The position numbers were made by a program, and so were the translations under genes. A stretch of DNA of 64,000 bases from Spirochaetia bacterium. Its GTDB lineage: Bacteria; Spirochaetota; Spirochaetia; SZUA-6; Bin103. This document shows positions 49,398 to 58,842 of the stretch, one piece after another. The notes under the pieces were generated by a model, which was not told the origin of the DNA, did no database searches, and worked only from the letters and a program-made list of their open reading frames with translations. The stretch covers positions 1,216,001-1,280,000 of the forward strand of contig CBDATQ010000002.1 of assembly GCA_965199955.1 (NCBI GenBank), written 5' to 3'. Each line of letters starts with the position of its first letter. Position 1 is the first letter of the stretch.

Positions 49398-50081
49398 CAG
49401 CCCGCGCACGGCCGGCGCCGGCGGTCCCGGGCGGCCGAGCTCCGCTTCGCTCGGGCGCAGGTAGGCGGGGCGCGGAATCACGCGCCGGACCGCCTGCCGT
49501 GAGAAGCGCTGCACGCCGACGTCGAGCAGCGCTGCCGCGTCCGCCTGCCCGGCGCCGGGGTCCAGGGCGACGCCGTCGTCGCCATCCCATGCCACGTGCA
49601 GCCCCGGCGCCGCCGGACCGGTCAGCAGCACGGCCGGATAGGCGCGCAGGCGTTCCCGGATCCGGTCCGGGCTCTCGTCCAGGAAGCCGGTCAGGCGCCG
49701 GCCGGAGCGGTACAGCGCCGCGTACAACCGGCCCTTGCGGGCATCGACCAGGGGCACGACCACACCAGGGAAAAAGCGCAGGCGGTGGCCGGCGGCATCC
49801 AGTCCTGACACGCCGATCAGGCCGCGTCCGCCGGCGGTCAGCCCCAACGCGGTGGCGATGCCGATGCGTGTGCCCGTGAACGATCCGGGCCCGATGCCGC
49901 ACACCACCAGATCCACTTCGTCAGCCGCGACTCCGGCCTGTTCCAGGGCGCCGGCGATCAGCGGAGCCAGGCGCGTGCCGTGCTCCAGGCCGACGGAGAG
50001 CGAGGACACCACGGTGGCCTGAGGGGTCGAGACGCACACGCCCATCACCGGCGTGGCGCTGTCGAAGGCGACGGCGGTCAC
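49347..50081 (-). CDS. tsaB: tRNA threonylcarbamoyladenosine biosynthesis protein TsaB
   Basis: AFDSAT, GIGPGSFTGTRIG, VDARKGRLY, PAYLRPSEAE. Confidence 0.92.
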   Translation of the reverse strand: MTAVAFDSATPVMGVCVSTPQATVVSSLSVGLEHGTRLAPLIAGALEQAGVAADEVDLVVCGIGPGSFTGTRIGIATALGLTAGGRGLIGVSGLDAAGHRLRFFPGVVVPLVDARKGRLYAALYRSGRRLTGFLDESPDRIRERLRAYPAVLLTGPAAPGLHVAWDGDDGVALDPGAGQADAAALLDVGVQRFSRQAVRRVIPRPAYLRPSEAELGRPGPPAPAVRGLPKAGAEGDGNSSLLRY

Positions 50082-50524
50082 GCCGGGCCTCTCACGCAGA
50101 TGGTCCGGCCTCCGCCGTCGGTGACCGAGAACTCCACCTGGATGGCATCCGTGATCGGCGGCTGCGCGTGCTCCGGCCACTCGACGACGGTGATCCAGGG
50201 ACCGTGCAGCATCTCATCCATGGCAAGCGATGCGTACTGGCCGGCCGTGGAGATGCGGTACAGGTCCACATGGTACAGCGTCAGACGGCCGCGATATTCG
50301 CTGACCAGCGCATAGGTGGGGCTGGTCACGTCGTCCGGGATGTCGAGGCCGCGGGCGAGGCCCTTGGCAAAGGTGGTCTTGCCGCTGCCCAGCGGACCGG
50401 AAAGCGTCACCACGTCGCCGGCACCGAGCGAGCGGCCCAGCCGCTCGCCGAGAGCTTCGGTCTCCGCAGCCTCCACCGTGTGATGGCGACCCGGTTCAGG
50501 GGCGGGCGGCAGTGAGTCGTTCAC
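50078..50524 (-). CDS. tsaE: tRNA threonylcarbamoyladenosine biosynthesis ATPase TsaE
   Basis: GPLGSGKTTF, VTSPTY, YHVDLYR, VVEWPE. Confidence 0.95.
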   Translation of the reverse strand: MNDSLPPAPEPGRHHTVEAAETEALGERLGRSLGAGDVVTLSGPLGSGKTTFAKGLARGLDIPDDVTSPTYALVSEYRGRLTLYHVDLYRISTAGQYASLAMDEMLHGPWITVVEWPEHAQPPITDAIQVEFSVTDGGGRTICVRGPA

Positions 50525-50531
50525 GGGCCGG

Positions 50532-51215
50532 TCACCGATCGTGACCGTAGACGAAGCGGTGAATCCGGTTGCGGTGTGCGCGGGACAAGCGGGTGAACTG
50601 CAGGTGCACGACCGTGCCGGCCGGCCACTGAGGCCGTACATGGCGTGCCCGGCAGGTCGCGACGACCCGCGCTTCGGGACCCAGATCGAACTCGATGCGC
50701 GTCACGCTGGCGACCTGCAGGGGGGCGAGCCGCCAGATTGCGCAGCCGCCCGTCGACACGTCCAGGATCGTGGCCATGGTGCGTCGTGCCGGAGCCGGGG
50801 CAGGAGCCCGCGATGGCGACCCGAGGAGGTGACCGGGTGCCGCGACGAACGGGGTGACGATGCACGGGCGCTCCACCTGCCGCCGAAGTTGCCTGCGCCG
50901 CGGGTCGCCGGCGGCGTTGCGCTCCAGCCGCTCCTCGAGTCGGTAATAGCGCGCCAGCCGGCGTTGACGCTCGGGATCCGTCAGATCGGCCCGTCGTTCC
51001 GCCGTGTCGACGGCACGCGCCAGCACGGCGGCAAGGAGTTCGCGGTCGCCGATCAGTCGGACCGGGTTTCGAGTGCCGTTGCGGCGCGCCAGCCGGTCGA
51101 GCACCGCCGCATCGGCGGCGTCGATGCCGCCCGCGGCGGCGATGCGGCGCAGCCGGCGCCGCCGTGACCGTTCGCCGGGAGTGCGCGACCACACGGGAAC
51201 CGTTCGCGTCCTCAA
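50532..51215 (-). CDS. PilZ domain-containing protein
   Basis: RRRQLR (RxxxR) and DVSTGG (DxSxxG) motifs. Confidence 0.7.
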   Translation of the reverse strand: MRTRTVPVWSRTPGERSRRRRLRRIAAAGGIDAADAAVLDRLARRNGTRNPVRLIGDRELLAAVLARAVDTAERRADLTDPERQRRLARYYRLEERLERNAAGDPRRRQLRRQVERPCIVTPFVAAPGHLLGSPSRAPAPAPARRTMATILDVSTGGCAIWRLAPLQVASVTRIEFDLGPEARVVATCRARHVRPQWPAGTVVHLQFTRLSRAHRNRIHRFVYGHDR

Positions 51216-52318
51216 CCGGCGATGGCGGTCATGTAGCGGGCCGCGACCGGATCGTCGGGATCGATCTCCTGTACCGTCCGGAAGTAGCCCAGTGCGCCTT
51301 CCGTGTCTCCGCGCCGCAACTGCAGGACGCCCAGGTTGGAGATCACGCGTGTATCCTCGGGCGCAAGCTCCAGGGCCAGGTGCAGGCAGCGTTCGGATCC
51401 CGCCAGATCGCCGAGCTCCAGGTTGCAGATCGACAGCTCGTTGAGCGTGTCCACCTGCGGCTCGCCGAGCTGCAGCGCCTTCTCGAAGGCGACGCGAGCC
51501 TGCGCGTAGTCGCCGGCGCGGCGCAGGCCCCAGCCCAGCACGAACCAGCCGTTCCAGGTCTCGGGATGGTCGCGGACGAAACGGCGCGCGTGCTCGATAC
51601 CTTCTTGCTCGCGGCCGTCACGGATTGCCGTCACCGCCTTCCGGAAGAGGGCGTCGCCGAGCCCGGCGGCGTGGATCTCCTCGCGAAGAGAGCGCGCCTG
51701 CTGGAGCTTCTCCTCGTCCTTGCCGTACTTCAGGTACAGCTCCAGGTGCCGGCGGCAACTGTCGTGGTCGGCCATCTCGGAGTGGAAGAAGGCCAGGTTG
51801 AAGTGCGCATCCGGGAACAGCGGGTCGATGTCCAGTGCCCGGCGGTACGCGGTCAGCACTTCGCGGTGCCGGCGCGCGGCTTGGTCGCGGTCGTCGGCCT
51901 GCAGGGCAGACCGCACCCGTTCCTCGTAGGTCAGCGCCAGGTTCACGGCGGGCTGCGGGTTCTCCGGGAACAGGCCCGTCAGCGCCAGGAACAACTCTTC
52001 GGCCAGGTCCAGGTCGCCGTTGCGTGCCTTGAAGATCCCCGCTTCGGTGAGCTCCTCGTTGATGCCGGGGCGCGCAGCGCACACGAACCTCCGGAAGTAC
52101 GCCGCGTCGCGGTGCCCGGGACGGTAGGCCAGGACCTTGAGCATCCCGGCGATGATCGACTCCCAGGTGATCTCTTCCGGGTCGACCTCATCGGCATCGG
52201 TGTCCATCTCCAGCGGCAGGGGGATGCCCGGATCGATCGGGAAGTGGCCGACCCGCAGGTCGGGAACGTGGGGGAGATCGATGAAGACGACTCGTTCCAG
52301 GGGGTCGTTCCGGGGCAT
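51212..52318 (-). CDS. Tetratricopeptide repeat protein
   Basis: Several TPR-like units (DAHFNLAFF, WNGWFVLGWGLRR, DTLNELSIC, VISNLGVL). Confidence 0.85.
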   Translation of the reverse strand: MPRNDPLERVVFIDLPHVPDLRVGHFPIDPGIPLPLEMDTDADEVDPEEITWESIIAGMLKVLAYRPGHRDAAYFRRFVCAARPGINEELTEAGIFKARNGDLDLAEELFLALTGLFPENPQPAVNLALTYEERVRSALQADDRDQAARRHREVLTAYRRALDIDPLFPDAHFNLAFFHSEMADHDSCRRHLELYLKYGKDEEKLQQARSLREEIHAAGLGDALFRKAVTAIRDGREQEGIEHARRFVRDHPETWNGWFVLGWGLRRAGDYAQARVAFEKALQLGEPQVDTLNELSICNLELGDLAGSERCLHLALELAPEDTRVISNLGVLQLRRGDTEGALGYFRTVQEIDPDDPVAARYMTAIAG

Positions 52319-52392
52319 CCTTGGACTGGTTCCTGTGCGCGGCCCGGTGGTGGCGTACAATGACCGCTCGACGAGCGTATCAGGAGAGGACG

Positions 52393-53418
52393 GTGGCGAA
52401 CTACTCGGTCTTCGGTGTGGGCAATCCCCTCATGGACGTGATCGGCCATGTGTCCCACGAACACTTGGAGCGTGTCGGCGCGCAGCCGGGGACGATGACG
52501 CTGGTGGACGGCGGACGCGCCGCGCGGATCGGCGCCGGTCTCGTGCAGCCCGGACGCCGGCCCGGCGGAAGCTGCGCCAACACCTTGCGCGGGCTCGCTT
52601 GGCTCTCCCGGCTGGCCCGGATGGCAGACGAAGCCGCGGTCCCGCCGCCGGTGATGACCGGCGTCATCGGCGACGACGCGATTGGCCGCGACCTCTCCCG
52701 GCGGCTCGAGGAGGCCGGGGTTGTCAGCAGGCTGAGCGTGCACCCACACCAGCCGACCGGTACCTCCGTGGTGCTGGTTACCCCCGATGGCCAGCGCACG
52801 ATGTTCACTTCCCTCGGGGCATGCCTGGAACTCTCGATGGATCATCTCGACCGGGCGGCGATCGCCGGCAGCGACTGCATCTATGCGACCGCTTACCTGT
52901 GGGGGCCACCCGGCGCGCGGCACGCGCTGACCGCCGCGGCGGCAGCGGCGCGCGCCGGCGGCGCCGCGGTCGCGTTCGACGTGGCGGACATGGGGGTGGT
53001 GGGCGACTGCGGCCATGAGTTGCTGGAGTGGATTCCGGGGTCGGTCGATCTGCTGTTCGCCAACGAGCAGGAAGCGCGCACGCTCGCCGGCATCGTAACC
53101 GGCTCACCGGCCGGCGGGGAGATCGAGCTGGCCTGCGCCGCCCTGGGTGAGCTGGCGCCTGCGGTGGTGGTCAAGCTCGGAGCGGCGGGATCCCTGGTGT
53201 GGGAGCGTGGAGCGATCGCGGCGCGCGCGCCGGGCTTGGAGGCAAGGGTCGTCGATACGACTGGTGCCGGCGACTCGTTTGCCGCCGGCTACCTGTACGC
53301 GACGCTCCGCGGACGTGGTGCCGGGGAAGCGGCGAAGCTGGGCAACCGCGTGGCGGCTGCCATCGTGGAAGTGGAAGGATGCGACTACCGGGCGGTCGGC
53401 GGCAGGCTTTCGTTCTGA
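52393..53418 (+). CDS. PfkB-family carbohydrate kinase (adenosine kinase-like)
   Basis: GNPLMD, PGGSCANT, LFANEQEA, VDTTGAGDSF; AGGAG RBS. Confidence 0.9.
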   Translation: MANYSVFGVGNPLMDVIGHVSHEHLERVGAQPGTMTLVDGGRAARIGAGLVQPGRRPGGSCANTLRGLAWLSRLARMADEAAVPPPVMTGVIGDDAIGRDLSRRLEEAGVVSRLSVHPHQPTGTSVVLVTPDGQRTMFTSLGACLELSMDHLDRAAIAGSDCIYATAYLWGPPGARHALTAAAAAARAGGAAVAFDVADMGVVGDCGHELLEWIPGSVDLLFANEQEARTLAGIVTGSPAGGEIELACAALGELAPAVVVKLGAAGSLVWERGAIAARAPGLEARVVDTTGAGDSFAAGYLYATLRGRGAGEAAKLGNRVAAAIVEVEGCDYRAVGGRLSF

Positions 53419-53798
53419 GGATCGCCGGCCGCGGTTGGCGGCCCGGCCGGATCGGGTGCGGGTGAGAGCTCGGGCGCCGTTGCGCCATGGCCGGGCACGT
53501 CGCCGTCGATCAGGGTCTGATCGATCATCCCGATCAGGCGCGTGGCGATCTGCGCGGCGGCGTGCGAGTCCCGTTGTGTGTCCGACGCCGCCCGCTGCGC
53601 CTTGAACAATTCGTCGGTGATGTTGAGACCGGACACGATGGCCACGCGCAGCGAATCCGCCTGCGGCATGGCCCGCCGCGCCTCGGCCACGCGGCTGGAG
53701 AAGCGCTCGATGAGCTGCGAGAGGTGTTCGGTGGACTCGTCCGACTTGATCGTGAACCAGGAGCCCAGGATGTCTACTTCGGCAAGGTGCTTGGCCAC
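53385..53798 (-). CDS. zapA: Cell division protein ZapA
   Basis: VDILGSWFTIKSDE, LRVAIVSGLNITDELFK. Confidence 0.82.
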   Translation of the reverse strand: MAKHLAEVDILGSWFTIKSDESTEHLSQLIERFSSRVAEARRAMPQADSLRVAIVSGLNITDELFKAQRAASDTQRDSHAAAQIATRLIGMIDQTLIDGDVPGHGATAPELSPAPDPAGPPTAAGDPQNESLPPTAR

Positions 53799-53829
53799 CG
53801 GTTACTGCCTCACCGCGGTGCCGGGTGCC

Positions 53830-54249
53830 TCAGTCTGCCCGACTATGTGCACCGGCTCCGAGTGAGCCCTGGCCTCCGAGTGAGCCCTGGCCCGTGCTGG
53901 CGGCCGTGGAACCGGGCGGGCTCGGTGGAGGATCGGGAGGAGCCGTCGCCTCCTCGGCCGCCACTTCAGACGCCGCCACTTCAGACACTGCCGGCGCATC
54001 GTCCTTCTGCATCTCCGCCCAGGCGTCTTCCAGGCCGTCGAGCTTGTTCAGCGTGCGCTGGATGATCTCCTCGACGTTCTGTTGGTCGCTGCGGACGTTC
54101 TCCAGTATCCCCTCCAGCTCTTGCGTGCGCGCTTCGGCAGACTCGAGCGACGCGCTGAGCGTGCGGTTCTGCGCGCGCAGGCGTTCGATCAGATCGATGG
54201 CGCGCAGCACGCGCGCCTCCAGGTCGGCGATCTGCTGCACGCGGATCAT
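53830..54249 (-). CDS. ZapB-like coiled-coil protein with low-complexity tail
   Basis: QIADLEARVLRAIDLIERLRAQN coiled coil; lies between rplT and zapA. Confidence 0.7.
   Translation of the reverse strand: MIRVQQIADLEARVLRAIDLIERLRAQNRTLSASLESAEARTQELEGILENVRSDQQNVEEIIQRTLNKLDGLEDAWAEMQKDDAPAVSEVAASEVAAEEATAPPDPPPSPPGSTAASTGQGSLGGQGSLGAGAHSRAD
53856..53986 (+). repeat. Two exact short tandem duplications (18 bp x2 at 53856-53891; 15 bp x2 at 53957-53986)
   Basis: CTCCGAGTGAGCCCTGGC x2; GCCGCCACTTCAGAC x2. Confidence 0.85.
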
Positions 54250-54614
54250 GAGTCGACGGCGGTGAGTTCCGCCCGGGCCCGCTTGACGATCGCCTCGAAC
54301 GCGGCGGGATCCTCGATCGCGAGGTTGGAGAGCGCCTTGCGGTTCAGCGTGATCCCGGCCCGCGACAGGCCGTGCATGAACTGCGAGTAGCGCAGGTCAT
54401 GCTGGCGGCAGGCGGCCGAGATGCGCGCGATCCAGAGGCGGCGGAACTCTCCCTTGCGCCGCCGCCGGTCGCGGTAGGCGTACATGCCCGCCTTGGCCAG
54501 CGCATCCTTGGCTGTCCGATACAGCTTGCTGCGTCGTCCCCAGTACCCCTTGGCCTGCTTGAGGATCTTGCGGCGCTTGGCGTGATGCTTGTGACTGTCG
54601 ATCGCTCGTGCCAT
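54246..54614 (-). CDS. rplT: 50S ribosomal protein L20
   Basis: KILKQAKGYWG, YAYRDRR, FRRLWIARI, LNRKALSNLA. Confidence 0.98.
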   Translation of the reverse strand: MARAIDSHKHHAKRRKILKQAKGYWGRRSKLYRTAKDALAKAGMYAYRDRRRRKGEFRRLWIARISAACRQHDLRYSQFMHGLSRAGITLNRKALSNLAIEDPAAFEAIVKRARAELTAVDS

Positions 54615-54634
54615 GCCTCTATCTGTCCTGTCCT

Positions 54635-54835
54635 CTATCCGTTCGGCAGCAGGCGGCGAATGCGCTTGTGCTCGGTGGGACTGAGCAGGCCCGAACGCCG
54701 TAGCCGCCGCTTTCGCTTGCTACCTTTCTTGGTGAGTATGTGCCGCAGCCCCTGCTTCTTGTACTTCACCTTTCCCTTTGCGGTGACGCTGAAGCGCTTG
54801 GCGGTACTGCGGTGAGTCTTTGCCTTGGTACCCAT
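54635..54835 (-). CDS. rpmI: 50S ribosomal protein L35
   Basis: [23 protein letters not shown]. Confidence 0.97.
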   Translation of the reverse strand: MGTKAKTHRSTAKRFSVTAKGKVKYKKQGLRHILTKKGSKRKRRLRRSGLLSPTEHKRIRRLLPNG

Positions 54836-54838
54836 CGT

Positions 54839-55354
54839 CTACTTTCTGGACTTCGGACTCAGCACCATCGACATGAACCGTCCCTCCATCTGCGCCGATC
54901 GGGCGAGCACCGCGTACTCACGCGTGAGCTCCACCACGCGATCCAGCACCGCGCGACCGATTTCCGTGTGCGCCAACTCGCGCCCGCGGAACCGGACGGT
55001 CACCTTCACCTTGTTTCCCTGGTCCAGAAACGACTTGATGTGCCGGGACTTGAAGTCCAGGTCATGCGAGTCGATCTTGGGCTGCATCCGGATTTCCTTG
55101 AGCTTGGTGAGCCGCTGCCGCTTCTTGGACTCGCGAATGCGCTTCTCCTGCTCGAACTTGTACTTGCCGTAGTCGAGCAGCTTGCAGACGGGCGGGCGAG
55201 CCGTCGGGGAAACCTCCACCAGGTCCAACCCGTTCTGCCGCGCGGAACTGAGCGCCTCTTCTGTCGGGACGACGCCGAGCTGGGAGCCGTCTGCGCCGAT
55301 CAGGCGCACCTCCCGGACTCGAATCATGTCGTTTACCCTGAGATCCTTGACCAA
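54839..55354 (-). CDS. infC: Translation initiation factor IF-3 (TTG start)
   Basis: [51 protein letters not shown]. Confidence 0.97.
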   Translation of the reverse strand: MVKDLRVNDMIRVREVRLIGADGSQLGVVPTEEALSSARQNGLDLVEVSPTARPPVCKLLDYGKYKFEQEKRIRESKKRQRLTKLKEIRMQPKIDSHDLDFKSRHIKSFLDQGNKVKVTVRFRGRELAHTEIGRAVLDRVVELTREYAVLARSAQMEGRFMSMVLSPKSRK

Positions 55355-55417
55355 TAAGCCTCCTTAGGCGGGAATCGCCTCCTTTGCCGTGACCATACTA
55401 CAGTTCCTGGGCCGTGA

Positions 55418-56074
55418 CTACTCCCGGCGCCGATCGCGCGGCTCCTTCCGATTCGAGGGAGTCGGTCCCGTGTCACCTCTGAGGATGAAGAGCACCTGGG
55501 TGCTGCGCAGATTGGCGGCCACGGGGCCGATGCGGCGGCCGTTCCTGATGTCGATGACGGAGGTCGCCGCCACACGGTTCGCCCGGCAGTAGTCCAGGAA
55601 GTCGCTGCGGGTGCACAGGTGGATGTTCGGCGTGTCGTGCCATGCGTACGGGAGATCCCGCGACGCCGGCATCCTGCCGCGCAGCAGGAGCGCCAGCCGG
55701 ATCCGCAGGTAGCCGAAGTTCGGGAAGGAGACGATCACCTGCCTGCCGACGCGGAGCATCTCGGCCAGCAGCTCGAGTGGCCGGTCGATCTGCTGCAGCG
55801 TCTGGTTCAGAACCACGTAATCGTAGCTGCCTGAGGCGTGGTCGCGCAGGCCGTCGTTCAGGTTGCCCTGGAAGACGGTGATGCCCCGCGCCAGGCAGCG
55901 GACGATCATCGCCTCCTCGATCTCCACCCCCAGTCCGTGCACGGACTTGAAGTCCCGCAGGCGGAGCAGCAGCTCGCCGTCGCCGCAGCCCAGGTCCAGC
56001 ACGGAGCTGCCCCGCTCGACGAGATCGACGATCAGGTCATAGTCCAGGTGTTGCCGGCGTTCGCTTGCGGCCAT
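55418..56074 (-). CDS. metW: Methionine biosynthesis protein MetW
   Basis: VLDLGCGDG, VLNQTLQ, IVSFPNFG, WHDTPNIHLCT; follows metX. Confidence 0.93.
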   Translation of the reverse strand: MAASERRQHLDYDLIVDLVERGSSVLDLGCGDGELLLRLRDFKSVHGLGVEIEEAMIVRCLARGITVFQGNLNDGLRDHASGSYDYVVLNQTLQQIDRPLELLAEMLRVGRQVIVSFPNFGYLRIRLALLLRGRMPASRDLPYAWHDTPNIHLCTRSDFLDYCRANRVAATSVIDIRNGRRIGPVAANLRSTQVLFILRGDTGPTPSNRKEPRDRRRE

Positions 56075-56076
56075 CG

Positions 56077-57249
56077 TCAGCGGGCGGGGGAGGCGACGTT
56101 TTCCAGGAACGAGCGGACGATCTGGCAGAGGCGGGCGCTCTCCAACAGAAAGGCGTCATGGCCGTAGACGCTTTCCAGCTCCACGTAGGACACCTCGCGC
56201 CCGACCTGCATGAGCGCGCTGACGATCTCCCGCGACTGGCTTGAGGGGTAGAGCCAGTCGGAGGTGAAGGAGGCCACCAGGTACGTGGCGCGGGTCCGTC
56301 CCAGCGCCTCCGGCAGCGACCCGTACGCTTCCGAGAGGTCGTAGTAGTCCATGGCCTTGGTGATGTACAGGTAGGAGTTGGCGTCGAAGCTCTCCACAAA
56401 GCGGGTGCCCAGGTGCGCGAGGTATGACTCGACCTGGAACTCGCCCGACATCTCGTACGTGAACGCGGCGCGGTCCTGCAGGGTACGTCCGAACTTGCGA
56501 CCCAGCGATATCTCCGACAGGTAGGTGATATGGCCGATCATGCGGGCGATGGACAGTCCGTTGGCCGGAGCGGGGCCGTGGTAGTAGTCGCCACCGCTCC
56601 AGTCGGGATCCGACATGATGGCGTTGCGGCCGACGGCGTGAAAGGCGATCCCCTGCGCGGAAACGGTGGCGGTGGAGGCGAGCACCACGACGGAGCGCAC
56701 CCGGTCCGGGTAACGGATCGCCCATTCCAGGGCCTGCATGCCGCCCATCGATCCGCCGGCAACGCTGTACAGCCGTTCGATGCCGAGGTGGTCGATGAGG
56801 TGGCGCTGAGCTTCGACCATGTCGCCGATGGTGATGAGCGGAAAGTCCAGCCCGTACGGCCGGCCGCCGTCACCGGCACGGGGCGAAGACGGGCCGGTGG
56901 AGCCGTTGCACCCGCCGATGAAGTTGGAACAGATGACGAAGAACGTGCGCGTATCGAAGCCCTTGCCGGGCCCGATCATGTCGTCCCACCAGCCCGGCCG
57001 CTTGTCGTCGAGGGAGTGGTAGCCGGCGGCGTGGTGGCTGCCCGAGAGCGCGTGGAAGACCAGGATCGCGTTGGAGCGATCGGCGTTGAGGGTTCCGTAC
57101 GTCTCGTACCGGAGCGTGATCGGCCCCAGGAACCGGCCGCTGTCGAGCTTCAGCCGGTTGGGCGGATGGGCGAACGTGTGGTCGCGCGGGCTCACCAGGC
57201 CCACGGAGTCGGAAGCTGACGCCTTCGCCTTTGTCGTGTTCTCCACCAT
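56077..57249 (-). CDS. metX: Homoserine O-acetyltransferase
   Basis: HALSGS, GWWDDMIGPG, GGSMGG, FDANSY, SDWLYP, GHDAFL. Confidence 0.95.
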   Translation of the reverse strand: MVENTTKAKASASDSVGLVSPRDHTFAHPPNRLKLDSGRFLGPITLRYETYGTLNADRSNAILVFHALSGSHHAAGYHSLDDKRPGWWDDMIGPGKGFDTRTFFVICSNFIGGCNGSTGPSSPRAGDGGRPYGLDFPLITIGDMVEAQRHLIDHLGIERLYSVAGGSMGGMQALEWAIRYPDRVRSVVVLASTATVSAQGIAFHAVGRNAIMSDPDWSGGDYYHGPAPANGLSIARMIGHITYLSEISLGRKFGRTLQDRAAFTYEMSGEFQVESYLAHLGTRFVESFDANSYLYITKAMDYYDLSEAYGSLPEALGRTRATYLVASFTSDWLYPSSQSREIVSALMQVGREVSYVELESVYGHDAFLLESARLCQIVRSFLENVASPAR

Positions 57250-57290
57250 CTCGTTATCGGTGTACTGTGTCCTCGCCCGGAGCGATGCCC

Positions 57291-57320
57291 TGTACCACCG
57301 CACATTGTACCAGCGCATAA
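57291..57320 (-). promoter_or_regulatory. Extended -10 box for metX within an imperfect 15-bp direct repeat
   Basis: Minus strand TGgTACAAT (57304-57312); plus strand TGTACCACCGCACAT/TGTACCAGCGCATAA. Confidence 0.45.
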
Positions 57321-58222
57321 CCAGGCGGCGTACCGCTACGCGGCGGAGCGCCGCCCGGCTCCGGTCCCGGTTCGCGTGGACCCGATCGTTCGCGGCCATC
57401 GGCGCGGCGGTCATGGCCGCCTGCGCCAGCACGCCGTCTCTTGACCGGGCGAGCCTGGGCGCGATGCCGGCCGACGTCGACGTGGCGGTGGCGGCGAACG
57501 TGGCGGCGCTGCGCGCCCCGCTTGCCGCGGTTGTCGAGGAAGCGGAGGTGCCGGTGCCGGCGTGGCTGCTCGAGCGCCTGGCCGTCGTGGTCGCCGGCGT
57601 CTACGTGGGCCCGGAGCCGGGCTACCTGATCTGGATGCGGGGCGTGGACCTGGACCGGGGCATGACGGCGCGCCTGCTGCTCAGTCCCGACTGGTTCTAC
57701 GTGGCCGCGCCGTTTCCGCATTACCGGTCTGCCGATGCGGCGGCGTGGCTGCCCGGCGGCAACGTGCTGGTGATGACCAACCTGCCGCTGGACCGCGTGC
57801 AGCGCGCCTTCGACGCCGCGGCGTTCTCGCTGCCCGACGACGTGACGATCGAGGAAGGGGACGTCGATCTGCTGCTGGTAGTGCCCGATCTCACCGGGGC
57901 GATCGACCGGCTGGTTCCCGATTCCGGACTGGACCTGGTCACCGAGGTGTTCCCGACCGAAGACGTCTGGCTGGCGGGTACCGCGTCGGCCGACGGGCTC
58001 GTCATCGCTGGCGCGATGCGTACCGTCGATCGCAACCTTGCGCGCCTGCTGGCCGCGTTTGCAAGCGGTCAACTGACGCTGGCGGACGTTCGCTTGCGGG
58101 CCGACGGAACGTGGGTCAGGCTTGCCGGCCTCATGCGGCACGACGAGTTGATGGACGTGGCGCGCGCGATGCTGAACCTGGAAGAGCTGGGTCCCGCCGG
58201 CGGGTCGGAGGCCGACCGGTGA
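57305..58222 (+). CDS. Hypothetical lipoprotein (start uncertain)
   Basis: Arg-rich n-region, hydrophobic stretch and MAA-C lipobox; GTGA overlap with hisH. Confidence 0.6.
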   Translation: MYQRITRRRTATRRSAARLRSRFAWTRSFAAIGAAVMAACASTPSLDRASLGAMPADVDVAVAANVAALRAPLAAVVEEAEVPVPAWLLERLAVVVAGVYVGPEPGYLIWMRGVDLDRGMTARLLLSPDWFYVAAPFPHYRSADAAAWLPGGNVLVMTNLPLDRVQRAFDAAAFSLPDDVTIEEGDVDLLLVVPDLTGAIDRLVPDSGLDLVTEVFPTEDVWLAGTASADGLVIAGAMRTVDRNLARLLAAFASGQLTLADVRLRADGTWVRLAGLMRHDELMDVARAMLNLEELGPAGGSEADR

Positions 58223-58842
58223 GCGTCGCCATCGTCGACTACGCGGCCGGCAACCGCACCAGCGTTCAGAATGCGCTGCGCTTCCTGGGAGCCGACTTCA
58301 CCGTCGCTTCCGAGCCCGCGGCACTGCTCGACGCGGAGCGGGTGATCTTCCCCGGTGTGGGCGAGGCGCGCGCGGCGATGGACGACCTGGCCCGTCGCGG
58401 CATGGACGCAGCGCTGCGCGCGGTGAGCGCAGAAGGGCGTCCGTTGCTCGGCATCTGCATCGGCGCGCAGGTGCTGCTGCAGTACTCCGCGGAGCGCGAC
58501 ACGACGTGCCTGGGCCTGGTCCGCGGCCGAGCGGTCGCGTTCCCGGAACCCATCCCGGGAGACGGGATGAAGGTCCCGCACATGGGGTGGAATCAGGTGC
58601 GGCAGGATCGCGTCCACCCGTTGTTCGACGGCATCCGGGACGGCGGCTCGTTCTACTTCGTGCACTCGTTCTACCCGCGCCCGGACGACGACTCGCTCGT
58701 GCTGGGCTCTACGGAGTACGGGGTTCGGTTCGCGTCGGTGTACGCCGCCGGCAGTCTGGCCGCGGTGCAGTTCCACGCCGAGAAGTCGGGACGGAACGGG
58801 CTCAGGCTGCTTGCCAATTTCCTGGAATGGGACGGTGCTTGA
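58219..58842 (+). CDS. hisH: Imidazole glycerol phosphate synthase, glutaminase subunit
   Basis: IVDYAAGN, FPGVG, LGICIG, VPHMGWN, YFVHSF, QFHAEKS. Confidence 0.95.
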   Translation: MSVAIVDYAAGNRTSVQNALRFLGADFTVASEPAALLDAERVIFPGVGEARAAMDDLARRGMDAALRAVSAEGRPLLGICIGAQVLLQYSAERDTTCLGLVRGRAVAFPEPIPGDGMKVPHMGWNQVRQDRVHPLFDGIRDGGSFYFVHSFYPRPDDDSLVLGSTEYGVRFASVYAAGSLAAVQFHAEKSGRNGLRLLANFLEWDGA

